NCBI GenBank assembly: GCA_047601445.1
Contig: JASGJH010000001.1
Span: forward strand, 8,704,001 to 8,768,000
DNA: 64,000 nucleotides
Direction of reading: 5' to 3'
Source of the DNA: Myxococcales bacterium
Lineage (GTDB): Bacteria > Myxococcota_A > Polyangia > Polyangiales > DASUME01
Each line of letters begins with the position of its first letter. Position 1 is the stretch's first letter. Positions 52,040 through 61,432 of this stretch are shown one piece after another. The notes under the pieces are model-generated. The model had not been told where the DNA came from, searched no databases, and saw only the letters and a program-made list of their open reading frames with translations. Made by a program: the position numbers and the translations under genes.

Positions 52040-53710
52040 ACCACGCGGCGAGCCGCCGTCCAGCTGACGGTCGAGGTAGAGCCAGGTGGCGCTCACGAAG
52101 AGCATGATGGCGAGCGACATCAGGTAGTTGTTGCAGAACGCCAGGAAGCCCGAGCGGTCCCAGTACCAGTACACGCCGGCGCCGCACAAGAAGGGCAGGG
52201 CCAGGATGAGCTGGGCCGCGCGCTCGCGCTGGTAGCGAGCGAATAGCAGGATCCAGTAGGCGTAGATGCCGAAGTAGTACTCCACCGTGCCGAACAGCAA
52301 GAAGAAGCTGCCGAAGCCTGCCATCACCGTGGCCTCCAGGTCCGACAGGCGCGGCAGGAGCAGGATGATGACGAAGAGTCCCAGCGCGGTGAGTCCCCAG
52401 ACTGCGGGCGCGATGGCCTTGAGTTCGGCGGCGCGGGCGCCGTTGTGGATGGCGTCGGGCGTGAACTCACCGCGGAACAGCAGGAGATAGCGGAAGCCGA
52501 TGCGGCTCACGGTGATGAGCTGGGAGTGCTTGCCCATGTCTCCGAGGAACTCGCGCCAGTTTTCGAGCCCGCGCGCGTGGACGAACGTCGACAGGAAAGC
52601 CGTGGCGGCCGTGGCCATGGTGGCCAATGTGAAGCGCACGTGCTCGCGCTCGAGGCGCCGTGTGCGGGCGAACTGCAGCGCGCCCTTGCCCCCGATGCCG
52701 AGCAAGAACAGGACGGGGAAGATGTTGAGCATGGCGGCCAGGGCGAACAGCACCCCCGACAGGACGTAGCGCCGACGCGTGAGCGCCAAGAGTCCGAAGC
52801 CGCTCAAGAACATCCAGTGATAGCGAAAGAAGGAGCCGCCGATGTAGAAGAAGCGGTCCGAGAACGCCGTGAAGAAGCCGATGGCCACCAGGCTCCCCAG
52901 TTGCCACCCGAACGCGGCCGTGATCCCCGCCAGCATCGCGCAGACGGCGAGCGTGTCGATGAGCGTCGACAGGATCATGGTGTCGTAGTCGAGCGTGAAG
53001 CTGTTGGCGATGGCGCCAGCGACGAGGCCCTGAAAGGGAGTGCCGTTGTAGCCGTAGTCGCGGATCATCCCGCGGATCATCGCGGGCCCGGCGGCGTCGA
53101 CGATGACGCTGTAGTCGTGCTTGAACTCTTCCCAGCGCTCGGGCGTGAAGTGTTCTTTGCAGCGGCTCCGAGCGCGCACCTTGCTGGTATCGACGTAGCG
53201 ATATGCCCCGAGATCGCGGATTTGTTGATCGCCGATGAAGTGCAGGGTCTCGGCGTCCGCGACTACCGAGCATTCGTAGAGGCCGAAGTAGCCGAGCTCG
53301 TCGTAGTACTTGGGGCCGAGGAAGTAGTGATAGACGTCGTAGACCTTGGCGTAGTCGGGGCGCGTTACGCCGCCGTACAGATACAGCCAGTTGGCGGCGC
53401 TGAGCAGCAGGAGCGCTGTGAGCACGCCCTGCGCCGTGCGGCGGTACCAGCGCGCGCTCGAGACCGCGTGCCGTGTGAGCAGGCCATGCGCCACCAGGCC
53501 GAGGCCCGTGAGCCCAGCGAGCACGCCGTACAGGGCGTCGCTGAGTTGGCGCGTGAAGCGCACGTCGTCGAGACCGATGAACCCCTGATGAGCCAGGCTG
53601 GCCTCGTGGTCGTTCTCCCGGAACAGCAGCAAGCAGACGAGGCTCAGCGCCAAGAACCCGTAGACGCCCAAGGCGAACCGGCGGGAGCCCTGCGCGTCTT
53701 CAGCGTGCAT
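51962..53710 (-). CDS. Polytopic membrane protein, probable GT-C (GT87-like) glycosyltransferase
   Basis: Large loop with DVYHYFLGPKYYDELGY and DYGYNGTP, GGSFFRYHW, roughly 12 TM helices. Confidence 0.6.
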   Translation of the reverse strand: MHAEDAQGSRRFALGVYGFLALSLVCLLLFRENDHEASLAHQGFIGLDDVRFTRQLSDALYGVLAGLTGLGLVAHGLLTRHAVSSARWYRRTAQGVLTALLLLSAANWLYLYGGVTRPDYAKVYDVYHYFLGPKYYDELGYFGLYECSVVADAETLHFIGDQQIRDLGAYRYVDTSKVRARSRCKEHFTPERWEEFKHDYSVIVDAAGPAMIRGMIRDYGYNGTPFQGLVAGAIANSFTLDYDTMILSTLIDTLAVCAMLAGITAAFGWQLGSLVAIGFFTAFSDRFFYIGGSFFRYHWMFLSGFGLLALTRRRYVLSGVLFALAAMLNIFPVLFLLGIGGKGALQFARTRRLEREHVRFTLATMATAATAFLSTFVHARGLENWREFLGDMGKHSQLITVSRIGFRYLLLFRGEFTPDAIHNGARAAELKAIAPAVWGLTALGLFVIILLLPRLSDLEATVMAGFGSFFLLFGTVEYYFGIYAYWILLFARYQRERAAQLILALPFLCGAGVYWYWDRSGFLAFCNNYLMSLAIMLFVSATWLYLDRQLDGGSPRGSRLLRAGVGLLWIGLLAVTALRWPS

Positions 53711-54617
53711 CGCCGCGATGCCCCTGCAGCCGATCGAGGGCCCGATGGACCGCCTCGGGATCGAGGAAGGACAAGTAGAGCGCCCACATCGTCACGGTGA
53801 AGGTGAACACGCTGAGGAAGGCGTAGAAGACGCCGTGCAACAGGAGGCCTGGCAAGATCAGATAGCGGCGCGTGCTCGGGAAGAACAGGCCGAACGCCAG
53901 CGCGAACTCGAGTAGCAGGGTCGCCCACGCCAGCGCCATGAACAGGGCCCCGGTGACGCCGCTATCGATGGGCGACGAGCCCGTATAGAAGTTCATGGTG
54001 TAGTGGGCGAGGCGCGAGCCGCTCAAGAAGCCCGCGTTGCACTTGTTGATCGCGGTCCAGAAGTACACGGAGGCCGTCTGCAGCGCGAGCAGCCGCATGC
54101 CCCACAGGTTGCCGCGCTCCTCCGGCCACGGCGTGCCAGCACGCTCCGCGCGGCCGATGGCGAGCCAGCGATCCAGAGAATAGGAGCGACCGCAGGGCGT
54201 GAACGCGAGCCAGGCGCAGGCCCAGGCGAGCAGGGTAGTGTGGTGATGGGTATAGGGCTCCACGCCCTTGCCGTGTCCCAGGTAGTAGACGAGATAGAGG
54301 GCGCACAGGGCAGTGCCGGCCACCGTGACGCGCGTCCACAGGCCCACCAAGGCCAGCGTGGTGACCGCGAAGAACACCGCGCAGAATACGAACTGCCCGT
54401 CGGTGAGGTGGCGGAAGAGCAAGAGCTCGTTCGCGTAGCGGGTCCAGACGGTGGCCACCAGGATGATGCGCATCAGGCTGGCGGCGCGCGTGGAGCCCTC
54501 GGTCTTGAGCGCCCATTCATAGAAACGCTGCCAGGTCGTGCCCTCTCGAGACGGCGTGCGCTCCTGGGATGGCGTGCGCTCCTGGGATGGCGCGCGCGTG
54601 CTGGCCGCTTCGCTCAT
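53700..54617 (-). CDS. HTTM-domain (vitamin K-dependent carboxylase-like / SdpB-like) membrane protein
   Basis: LVGLWTR, YTHHH, PCGRSYSLD, YFWTAINK..FLSG, LLEFAL, LLHGVF. Confidence 0.82.
   Translation of the reverse strand: MSEAASTRAPSQERTPSQERTPSREGTTWQRFYEWALKTEGSTRAASLMRIILVATVWTRYANELLLFRHLTDGQFVFCAVFFAVTTLALVGLWTRVTVAGTALCALYLVYYLGHGKGVEPYTHHHTTLLAWACAWLAFTPCGRSYSLDRWLAIGRAERAGTPWPEERGNLWGMRLLALQTASVYFWTAINKCNAGFLSGSRLAHYTMNFYTGSSPIDSGVTGALFMALAWATLLLEFALAFGLFFPSTRRYLILPGLLLHGVFYAFLSVFTFTVTMWALYLSFLDPEAVHRALDRLQGHRGDAR
54553..54592. repeat. 18-bp tandem repeat in the HTTM gene 5' end
   Basis: GGCGTGCGCTCCTGGGAT twice plus partial copies; encodes (PSQERT)n. Confidence 0.85.
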
Positions 54618-55084
54618 GGCGATTCCTCGGAACTCGTCGGTGCCTCTTGCCGTGGGCGCGGCGCCAACTGTGCCGGCCGTCCGGGACGCCCGCAGACATC
54701 GTTCGAGCCGTCTTCCACCACGGTCCAGCCGCGCCGGGTGGCGTCCCGCAGCTTCATGAACACGGGCCGCTGCTCACCCAGCTCGCGGCACAGGGCCCGC
54801 GCCAATGCCCAGGCCTCCGCCTCCTGCTTGACGAGCCGCACGTTGCGGGGGGCGACCCACGGGTCGGCATAGCCGAGCACCTCGAAGCGATCGAGCGCCA
54901 CGCGTGCCCCGGTGGCGTCGGTGGTTTCGAACGAGACCTCGTAAAGGTCCCGAGCGATGCCGCTGAACATCTCCCACTTTACGGCGTAGGGCGGCGCGTC
55001 GGAGCTCAGCGCGCGGTAGGCCGGGGCGACTAGGATGAATGCCGCACTCAGGAAGAATAGGAGGCCGCGCACCGCTTCCGACAC
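54614..55084 (-). CDS. Small membrane-anchored partner of the HTTM protein (SdpA-like)
   Basis: N-terminal TM helix, KWEMFSG motif, Cys pair; ATGA overlap with the HTTM gene. Confidence 0.7.
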   Translation of the reverse strand: MSEAVRGLLFFLSAAFILVAPAYRALSSDAPPYAVKWEMFSGIARDLYEVSFETTDATGARVALDRFEVLGYADPWVAPRNVRLVKQEAEAWALARALCRELGEQRPVFMKLRDATRRGWTVVEDGSNDVCGRPGRPAQLAPRPRQEAPTSSEESP

Positions 55085-55390
55085 AGGCAGAACCTATACA
55101 CCAAGGCTAGTTCGGGGGACAGCACGGATGTGCAGGCGCGCTCCCTTGTCGCCGTGCCTTTGGGCTCGGTTTGAGGTCGGGCTCGATGTTAGGCTGGCTG
55201 CCGTTCTCCGCGCCCGTGGGCGCTTCGACGTAAGGCACTCGACATCACCCGTATGCACTCTCGGCAGTAAATGGATTTGGGGCTACAAACGTCCCGCTCC
55301 AAGTAGTAGCTCGACCGCGGGCGGTGTTGCCCGCTTCGACCTGATGTTCGCGGGCCTTTGGCGCCCGCATGGACCGAGGAGAAAACATCG

Positions 55391-55993
55391 ATGCAAAAAG
55401 CTCTCGCAACGTGGCTCGCGGGCCGACCCGCCCGCTTCGACGGAGCCAGCCTCGCCCAGAAATGGCGCGGCACCCTCTGCGCCGGCATGGCGCTCGGCGC
55501 GCTGTCCGGGTGCGGCGGGGTAATCAAGTTCGCCGACTCCACGCCCATCGGCATCCGCGGGCCCGCTCCCGTGGTGGCCGAGGTGCCCAAGCGGGTCGAG
55601 GTGAAGGCAGACCGGCTCGAGATCGGAGAGAAGATCCAGTTCGAACTCGACAAGGCCGACATCAAGCCCGAGTCCCACGGACTGCTCGACGAGATCGTGC
55701 AGGTCCTGAGTGCGCACCCGCAGATCAAGAAGGTGGACGTCAACGGCCACACCGACAGCGACGGCGCCGATCACTACAACATGGATCTGTCCGATCGACG
55801 CGCCAAGGCCGTGGTGGCCTATCTGACGTCGCATGGCGTCGATGCCGCGCGTCTCACCTCCAAGGGCTTCGGCGAGTCGAAGCCCATCGCGGACAACAGC
55901 ACGGCGGCCGGCAAGGAGCAGAATCGCCGCGTGGAGTTCTTGATCACGGAGCAGGACAACGGCAAGGGGGTACTCAGTGCGCAGGGCAATTGA
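55391..55993 (+). CDS. OmpA-like peptidoglycan-binding lipoprotein
   Basis: LSGC, IQFELDKADI, GHTDSDG, NMDLSDRRA, NRRVEF. Confidence 0.92.
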   Translation: MQKALATWLAGRPARFDGASLAQKWRGTLCAGMALGALSGCGGVIKFADSTPIGIRGPAPVVAEVPKRVEVKADRLEIGEKIQFELDKADIKPESHGLLDEIVQVLSAHPQIKKVDVNGHTDSDGADHYNMDLSDRRAKAVVAYLTSHGVDAARLTSKGFGESKPIADNSTAAGKEQNRRVEFLITEQDNGKGVLSAQGN

Positions 55994-56345
55994 TGTCGTG
56001 ATGTGCGGGGCCCTCGCGCTCCTCTCGGGTTGCTCCTTCTACGCGCGGGGACCAGACGACTACCGCAAGGTCGTGCGCGAGACGCTCGACACGCGCAGCG
56101 CCCAGATCGAGTCCTGCTACCGCGGCGAGCTCGCCAAGGATGCCGCGGCCGGTGGACGCGTGGTGGTCAAGTTCGACGTCGAGCCCAAGACCGGCAACAT
56201 CGCCAAGCCGGCCATCGTGGACGGCGAGACCACGGCGCCCGAGTCGGTCAAGAACTGCGTGATGACCTCCCTGGACGGGCTTGCCATCAAGCCCCCCGAC
56301 CAGCGCAAGGGCGAGGCCACCTTCGCCTGGGAGTTCACGCACTGA
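55977..56345 (+). CDS. Small lipoprotein with an AgmX/PglI C-terminal-like (TonB-C-like) domain
   Basis: LLSGC; IESCY..L..GRVVVKFDV..G..VKNCV. Confidence 0.7.
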   Translation: MRRAIDVVMCGALALLSGCSFYARGPDDYRKVVRETLDTRSAQIESCYRGELAKDAAAGGRVVVKFDVEPKTGNIAKPAIVDGETTAPESVKNCVMTSLDGLAIKPPDQRKGEATFAWEFTH

Positions 56346-56389
56346 AGTTCGCCGTCCGCTAGACCACCTTCGACGCTGCGAGAGCACGC

Positions 56390-56417
56390 GTGAGCGGAGG
56401 TCGCGTGACCTCCCCGT
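56390..56417. repeat. REP-like hairpin (copy D)
   Basis: GTGAGCGGAGGTC-GCGT-GACCTCCCCG. Confidence 0.65.
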
Positions 56418-56458
56418 GAATTTGCGTATACCTGGCCAAACTCGGCGAGGAAACGCGA

Positions 56459-57268
56459 ATGGGCGGCAAGAGAATCTTCATCACAGGCGCGGCGAGCGGA
56501 CTCGGACTCGCGCTGGCCAAGCGCTATGCGCGCGAGGGCTACAAGGTCTGTCTGGGTGACGTCAACGACGCGGCGGGCCAGTCCGCACAGGAGGCCGTGC
56601 GGGCAGCGGGCGCCGCGGAAGCGCTCTACCTGCGCTGCGATGTCACCAAGGAAGAGGACCTGCAAACGGTGGCCAATACACTCAGCGAGCGCTGGGGCGG
56701 TGTGGACATCGTGGTCAACAACGCGGGCGTCGCCCAGGCCGGCAGCATCGACGAAGTCTCTCTCGACGACTGGCGCTGGATTCTCGACATCAACCTGCTC
56801 GGCGTGGTGCGCGGGTGCAAGATCTTCACGCCCGTCTTCAAGCGCCAGGGGGACGGACGCTTCATCAACGTCGCATCCATGGCCGGCCTGCTCGATATGC
56901 CCAAGATGAGCAGCTACAACGTGTCCAAGGCGGCGGTGGTCTCGCTCTCCGAGACGCTGCAGAACGAGCTCGGGCACTCCAACATCCGCGTGTCGGTGGT
57001 GTGCCCGTCGTTCTTCAAGACCAACCTGGCCGACTCCCTGCGCACGACCGATCCCAAGCTGGGGGTGCTGGTGGGGAAGCTCGTCTCGCGCGGCAAGCTC
57101 ACCGCCGAGATCGTGGCGGACAAGGTGTACGAGGGAGCCAAGAACAATGAGTTCTACATCCTGCCCCACCTGGACGGACGCGCGCTTTGGCAGGCCAAGA
57201 CCTTGCTGCCACGTGCTCTGTACAACGCCATCGTGGTGAACCGCTCGCGCTGGCTCATGAAGATGTAG
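56459..57268 (+). CDS. Short-chain dehydrogenase/reductase
   Basis: TGAASGLG, NNAG, YNVSK. Confidence 0.95.
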   Translation: MGGKRIFITGAASGLGLALAKRYAREGYKVCLGDVNDAAGQSAQEAVRAAGAAEALYLRCDVTKEEDLQTVANTLSERWGGVDIVVNNAGVAQAGSIDEVSLDDWRWILDINLLGVVRGCKIFTPVFKRQGDGRFINVASMAGLLDMPKMSSYNVSKAAVVSLSETLQNELGHSNIRVSVVCPSFFKTNLADSLRTTDPKLGVLVGKLVSRGKLTAEIVADKVYEGAKNNEFYILPHLDGRALWQAKTLLPRALYNAIVVNRSRWLMKM

Positions 57269-57273
57269 TCCCG

Positions 57274-57765
57274 ATGCAGCTCGCCTTCCGCTTGCCCTAT
57301 CAGCGCCTGGTTCTCCGCTCGCCGCTCGCACCCAGCGAGGCCCGACGCGCGCTCGAGTCCCAGCTGGCCGACGTGGCGTTCTACAAGAACCCGGCTGGGA
57401 AGGCGTTCCGCGGTCGCTTCGAGGGCGAGCGCTTTCGTTGCTCGCGCGTGACCCCCTACCGCAACGTGTTCTTGCCTGTGGTGCGCGGGCATCTCGTGGC
57501 GGAGGGCACGGGTACCAGGGTGGAACTGCTTCTCCACACGCCCCCCTTCGGCTCGGCCTTCCTCACGGTGTGGACGCTGGGCATTTTGGCGGTTCTCGTG
57601 GGAGGCACGCTCGGAGGACGGGGGAGCGCCCCGGGGGCCGGTTTCTGGCTCCTGACGGTCCCCTTGTTGGGGATTGGATTCGCGATTGCGGGGTTCGCGT
57701 TTGGCTCGGAGGCGGTGGAAACCATCGCTTTGCTCGAGCGATGCTTGAGGGTTTCTCGGGCGTGA
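57274..57765 (+). CDS. Hypothetical membrane protein
   Basis: FRGRFEG..YRNVFLPVVRG, two TM helices; operon spacing. Confidence 0.7.
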   Translation: MQLAFRLPYQRLVLRSPLAPSEARRALESQLADVAFYKNPAGKAFRGRFEGERFRCSRVTPYRNVFLPVVRGHLVAEGTGTRVELLLHTPPFGSAFLTVWTLGILAVLVGGTLGGRGSAPGAGFWLLTVPLLGIGFAIAGFAFGSEAVETIALLERCLRVSRA

Positions 57766-57776
57766 ATCGCGTCTAC

Positions 57777-58157
57777 ATGCCCGGGATGCGCCCACGGGAA
57801 CTGCTCAAGGTGCTCGACCGAGGCCAGGGCGATGTCGCCCTCGCCGACCCGCAGTGTCAGCTCATGCTGACGCTGATCGCCCATGTGATCCACGCCGACC
57901 GCGGCATGACCCAGGACGAGCTCGATTTGGTGCGCCCATTGGTCCGCAACGTCGAAGACAAGCGGGGCTTCTTCGAAGAGCTGAGCCAACGCCCGCTCGA
58001 CCTCGAAGCGCTCGCCCAGAACTTCCCCGATCGCCGCGACCGCAAAGACCTGCTCGAGATCGCCGAGCACTGCCTGTGGTGCGACGGCGTCGAGGACGAG
58101 CGCGAGTGGAACCTGATCGACCGAATCGCGTACAAGTTGGGTCTCTCGCGCGCCTAG
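57777..58157 (+). CDS. TerB-like protein (possible GTG start at 57762)
   Basis: VIHADRGMTQDE and CDGVEDEREWNLIDRIAYKLGL. Confidence 0.7.
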   Translation: MPGMRPRELLKVLDRGQGDVALADPQCQLMLTLIAHVIHADRGMTQDELDLVRPLVRNVEDKRGFFEELSQRPLDLEALAQNFPDRRDRKDLLEIAEHCLWCDGVEDEREWNLIDRIAYKLGLSRA

Positions 58158-58172
58158 CGAGGGCTGACAGCG

Positions 58173-59489
58173 TCACCCACTCACCGAAACCACCTTGAGT
58201 GGAACTCCGAATTTGGGCCCCATGGTGATGTTGCGGCGCACGCGGGGCTCCGGCCCTGGCCGGACGCAGGCGAGCTCCGTCCGGCGCAGCAGCGTGGCCA
58301 GGAAGATCTTGGTCTCGTAGTCGCTGAAGGCCGCACCCAGGCAGCGGCGCACGCCACCCCCGAAGGGCAAATACTCGAAGGGTGCGTAGCGGCGCTCGAG
58401 AAAGCGCTCGGGCCAAAAGCGCTCAGGCTCGGGATAGATCAACGGATCGCGGTGCAACGCCTCGATCAGCACGATCACCACATCCTTGGGTGTCAGCACC
58501 AGGTCGTCCTCCACATGAAAGAGGCCGGTCGGCACCCGTGCCACGTCGGTCACGATGGGATCGATGCGCAGGGTTTCGTCGATGACCGCGGCCAAGTACG
58601 GCAGGCGTTGGGCCTCTTCGGGTGTGGTCTGTGCGCCGAGCTCTGCCTTGAGCTTGGCGAGTGACTCGGGGTGCTGGTGCAAGCGCCCGAGGCTCGTGGC
58701 CAACGCGAGCGCAGTGGTTTCGTGGCCGGCCAGGAGCAAAGTCACGAGCTGGTCGCAGATCTCGTCGCTCCCGATCTCGGAGCCGTCGTCGTAGCGCGCT
58801 TCGAGCAAGAGCGAGAGCACGTCGTCCCGCCGCAGCGGCTCCCGCCGACGCTGCGCGATCTGAGCATGCACCCACTGGTTGAAGCGCGCCCGCAGGCGTT
58901 GATAGCGCGCCCAGGGCGGGAACCAGCGTTGTTGGAGGCGCGGCACGAAGATGGCGATGGGCGGAACGCTGTGCACGATCTCGCCGAGCAACTGCTTGAG
59001 CTCATGCGCCGCAGCGGGGTTCTCCACACCGAACACCGTGCGCACGATGACATCGAGCGTGAAATCGGTGGTGAGATCGACGGCCCGGAAAGTTTGGCCC
59101 GCGCGCAGCGCGGACACGTGCTCGTTCGCGATCTGTTGCATCGTGGTCCCGAACGCGCGCAGACGCGGACCCGTAAGCGGTGGCGCGAGCAGCTTGCGCT
59201 GCCGGGCGTGGGTCGGGCCGGAGGTCAGCAGCACCGAACGCGGACCGAAGATGTTGCGCAGCGAAAACGCCGAGAACGACAGGAAGGTGGACGAATCCGC
59301 GCTGAAGATGCGCTTCACGTGGGCCGGGTCGGCGGTGAACAGGAAGCTGGCCCCCAGTGCCGGTACGCTGTAGCTCCGCCCGAAGGTGCGGGCATGGCGC
59401 GTCGCGAAGCGCGTCGGCGCCAGGCCGAACTCGAGCATATTGAAGAGGGGAGGGGAGCTGGGGCCGGCGAGGGAAGACAGCGTGCGCAC
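58173..59489 (-). CDS. Cytochrome P450
   Basis: AGHETTA, ETLR, PERF, FGGGVRRCLG. Confidence 0.95.
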   Translation of the reverse strand: MRTLSSLAGPSSPPLFNMLEFGLAPTRFATRHARTFGRSYSVPALGASFLFTADPAHVKRIFSADSSTFLSFSAFSLRNIFGPRSVLLTSGPTHARQRKLLAPPLTGPRLRAFGTTMQQIANEHVSALRAGQTFRAVDLTTDFTLDVIVRTVFGVENPAAAHELKQLLGEIVHSVPPIAIFVPRLQQRWFPPWARYQRLRARFNQWVHAQIAQRRREPLRRDDVLSLLLEARYDDGSEIGSDEICDQLVTLLLAGHETTALALATSLGRLHQHPESLAKLKAELGAQTTPEEAQRLPYLAAVIDETLRIDPIVTDVARVPTGLFHVEDDLVLTPKDVVIVLIEALHRDPLIYPEPERFWPERFLERRYAPFEYLPFGGGVRRCLGAAFSDYETKIFLATLLRRTELACVRPGPEPRVRRNITMGPKFGVPLKVVSVSG

Positions 59490-59504
59490 GGCCCTACTTT
59501 GGCT

Positions 59505-60083
59505 TCACTTCTGTGCGAGGATCAAGAGCTCCAGCTCAACCTCGTCCTCCAGGCTGATCTTGGCAGCCACGCTGCCTGCGCCGATGCCGAAATCGTTGCG
59601 GTTGACGTTGATCTTCCCCTTGTAAGCCACGGTGTCGATGCCCGCGCCGTTCTTGCCCCTGGCTACCTTGAAGGGGATCGTGAGCTTCTTCTTCTTGCCG
59701 TGCATGTCGAGCGTACCTGTCACGCTGAGCCCGCTCGCCGACTCCGTGATGCTCTCGGACACGAAGGTGATCTTCGGGTACTTCTTGACGTCGAAGAAAT
59801 CGGGGCTCGAAAGGTGCTCATCGCGCTTGTCGTTGTCGGTGTCGATGCTGGCGGCGTCGATGTTCACAGTGACTTTGGCCTGGGCGGGTTTGGTCGGGTC
59901 GCCATCGACCAGGACCTCGTACTTGTTGAAGCGGCCTTCCACGCTGAACAGCAACGTCGAGGCCGTGAAACCGACGCGGCTGTGCACGGTGTCGAGCTTG
60001 AGCGGCTTGAACTCCGCGAAAGCAACTCCCACCAGGGCGGTCACGAGCAGCCAACCCAGCGCAAACTTCACCACATTCCGCAT
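59505..60083 (-). CDS. YceI-family lipid/polyisoprenoid-binding protein
   Basis: Signal peptide, DTVHSRVGF, SIDTDNDKRDEHL..DFFDV. Confidence 0.92.
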   Translation of the reverse strand: MRNVVKFALGWLLVTALVGVAFAEFKPLKLDTVHSRVGFTASTLLFSVEGRFNKYEVLVDGDPTKPAQAKVTVNIDAASIDTDNDKRDEHLSSPDFFDVKKYPKITFVSESITESASGLSVTGTLDMHGKKKKLTIPFKVARGKNGAGIDTVAYKGKINVNRNDFGIGAGSVAAKISLEDEVELELLILAQK

Positions 60084-60319
60084 TCCTGAGCCTCCTCGGT
60101 CCCGCGCATTGTACGTGGGATGCAGGTAGTTCGTTCGTCGACTGCCCTTGGTTTCATCGGATTCACAGAAACGCTTCCTGCCCTCGATGGCCCCAGGATG
60201 GGTACGTACGACCCAGCCCCCTGCGGGGCCTCCGGACCCTGCTCCCCATGAGCCGCGGAAAGAAGCGGCCCAGGCTGACTCGCGGCCCACTTCCGCGGCG
60301 TCCGAGGCATAGTGTGGGC

Positions 60320-61432
60320 ATGAAGACGAAAGCTGCAGTCGCGTACGAAGCCGGCAAGCCCCTGGTCATCGAGGACGTCGAGTTGGATGGGCCGCGGGCC
60401 GGCGAGGTGCTCATCGAGCTCAAGGCCACTGGCGTTTGCCACACCGATGAGTTCACGCTCTCCGGCAAGGACCCGGAAGGATTGTTCCCCGTCATCTTCG
60501 GGCACGAGGGAGCGGGCGTGGTGGTCGACGTCGGGCCAGGCGTCACCAGCCTCAAGCGCGGCGACCACGTGATCCCGCTCTACACACCCGAGTGCCGGAC
60601 CTGCAAGTCCTGCCTCAGCCGCAAGACCAACCTGTGCACGGCCATCCGCGCGACCCAGGGCAAGGGCCTGATGCCAGACGGCACGAGCCGCTTCTCCATC
60701 GGCAAGACCAAGATCCACCACTACATGGGCTGTTCGACCTTTGCGCAGCACACCGTGCTGCCCGAGATCGCGCTGGCCAAGGTCCGCGAGGACGCGCCCT
60801 TCGACAAGATCTGTTACATCGGTTGCGGCGTGACCACCGGCATCGGCGCGGTGATCTACACGGCCAAGGTCGAGCCGGGCGCCAATGTGGTGGTCTTCGG
60901 TCTGGGGGGCATCGGCCTCAACGTGATCCAGGGCGCGCGCATGGCCGGCGCCGACATGATCGTCGGCGTGGACATCAACCCCGCGCGCGAGGCCATTGCG
61001 CGCAAGTTCGGCATGACGCACTTCGTGAACCCCAAGCAGATCGACCAGGACGTGGTCGCGCACCTGGTGGAGCTCACCAAGGGAGGCGCCGACTACAGCT
61101 TCGAGTGCGTGGGCGACGTGAAGCTCATGCGCCAGGCCCTCGAGTGCTGCCACCGCGGCTGGGGCGAGAGCATCATCATCGGCGTGGCGGGCGCGGGCCA
61201 GGAAATCTCCACCCGGCCTTTCCAGCTGGTCACGGGGCGCGTCTGGAAGGGCACCGCCTTCGGGGGCGCGCGCGGGCGCACGGACGTCCCGAAGATCGTC
61301 GATTGGTACATGGAAAAGAAGATCGACATCGACAGCCTCATCACCCACAAGCTGCCGCTCTCGCGCATCAACGAGGCCTTCGACCTGATGCACCGCGGGG
61401 AGTCGATCCGCTCCGTGATCGAGTTTTCATGA
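60320..61432 (+). CDS. frmA: S-(hydroxymethyl)glutathione dehydrogenase / class III alcohol dehydrogenase
   Basis: GVCHTD..SGKDPEG, GHEG, structural Zn Cys cluster, TRPFQLVTGRVWKG. Confidence 0.96.
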   Translation: MKTKAAVAYEAGKPLVIEDVELDGPRAGEVLIELKATGVCHTDEFTLSGKDPEGLFPVIFGHEGAGVVVDVGPGVTSLKRGDHVIPLYTPECRTCKSCLSRKTNLCTAIRATQGKGLMPDGTSRFSIGKTKIHHYMGCSTFAQHTVLPEIALAKVREDAPFDKICYIGCGVTTGIGAVIYTAKVEPGANVVVFGLGGIGLNVIQGARMAGADMIVGVDINPAREAIARKFGMTHFVNPKQIDQDVVAHLVELTKGGADYSFECVGDVKLMRQALECCHRGWGESIIIGVAGAGQEISTRPFQLVTGRVWKGTAFGGARGRTDVPKIVDWYMEKKIDIDSLITHKLPLSRINEAFDLMHRGESIRSVIEFS

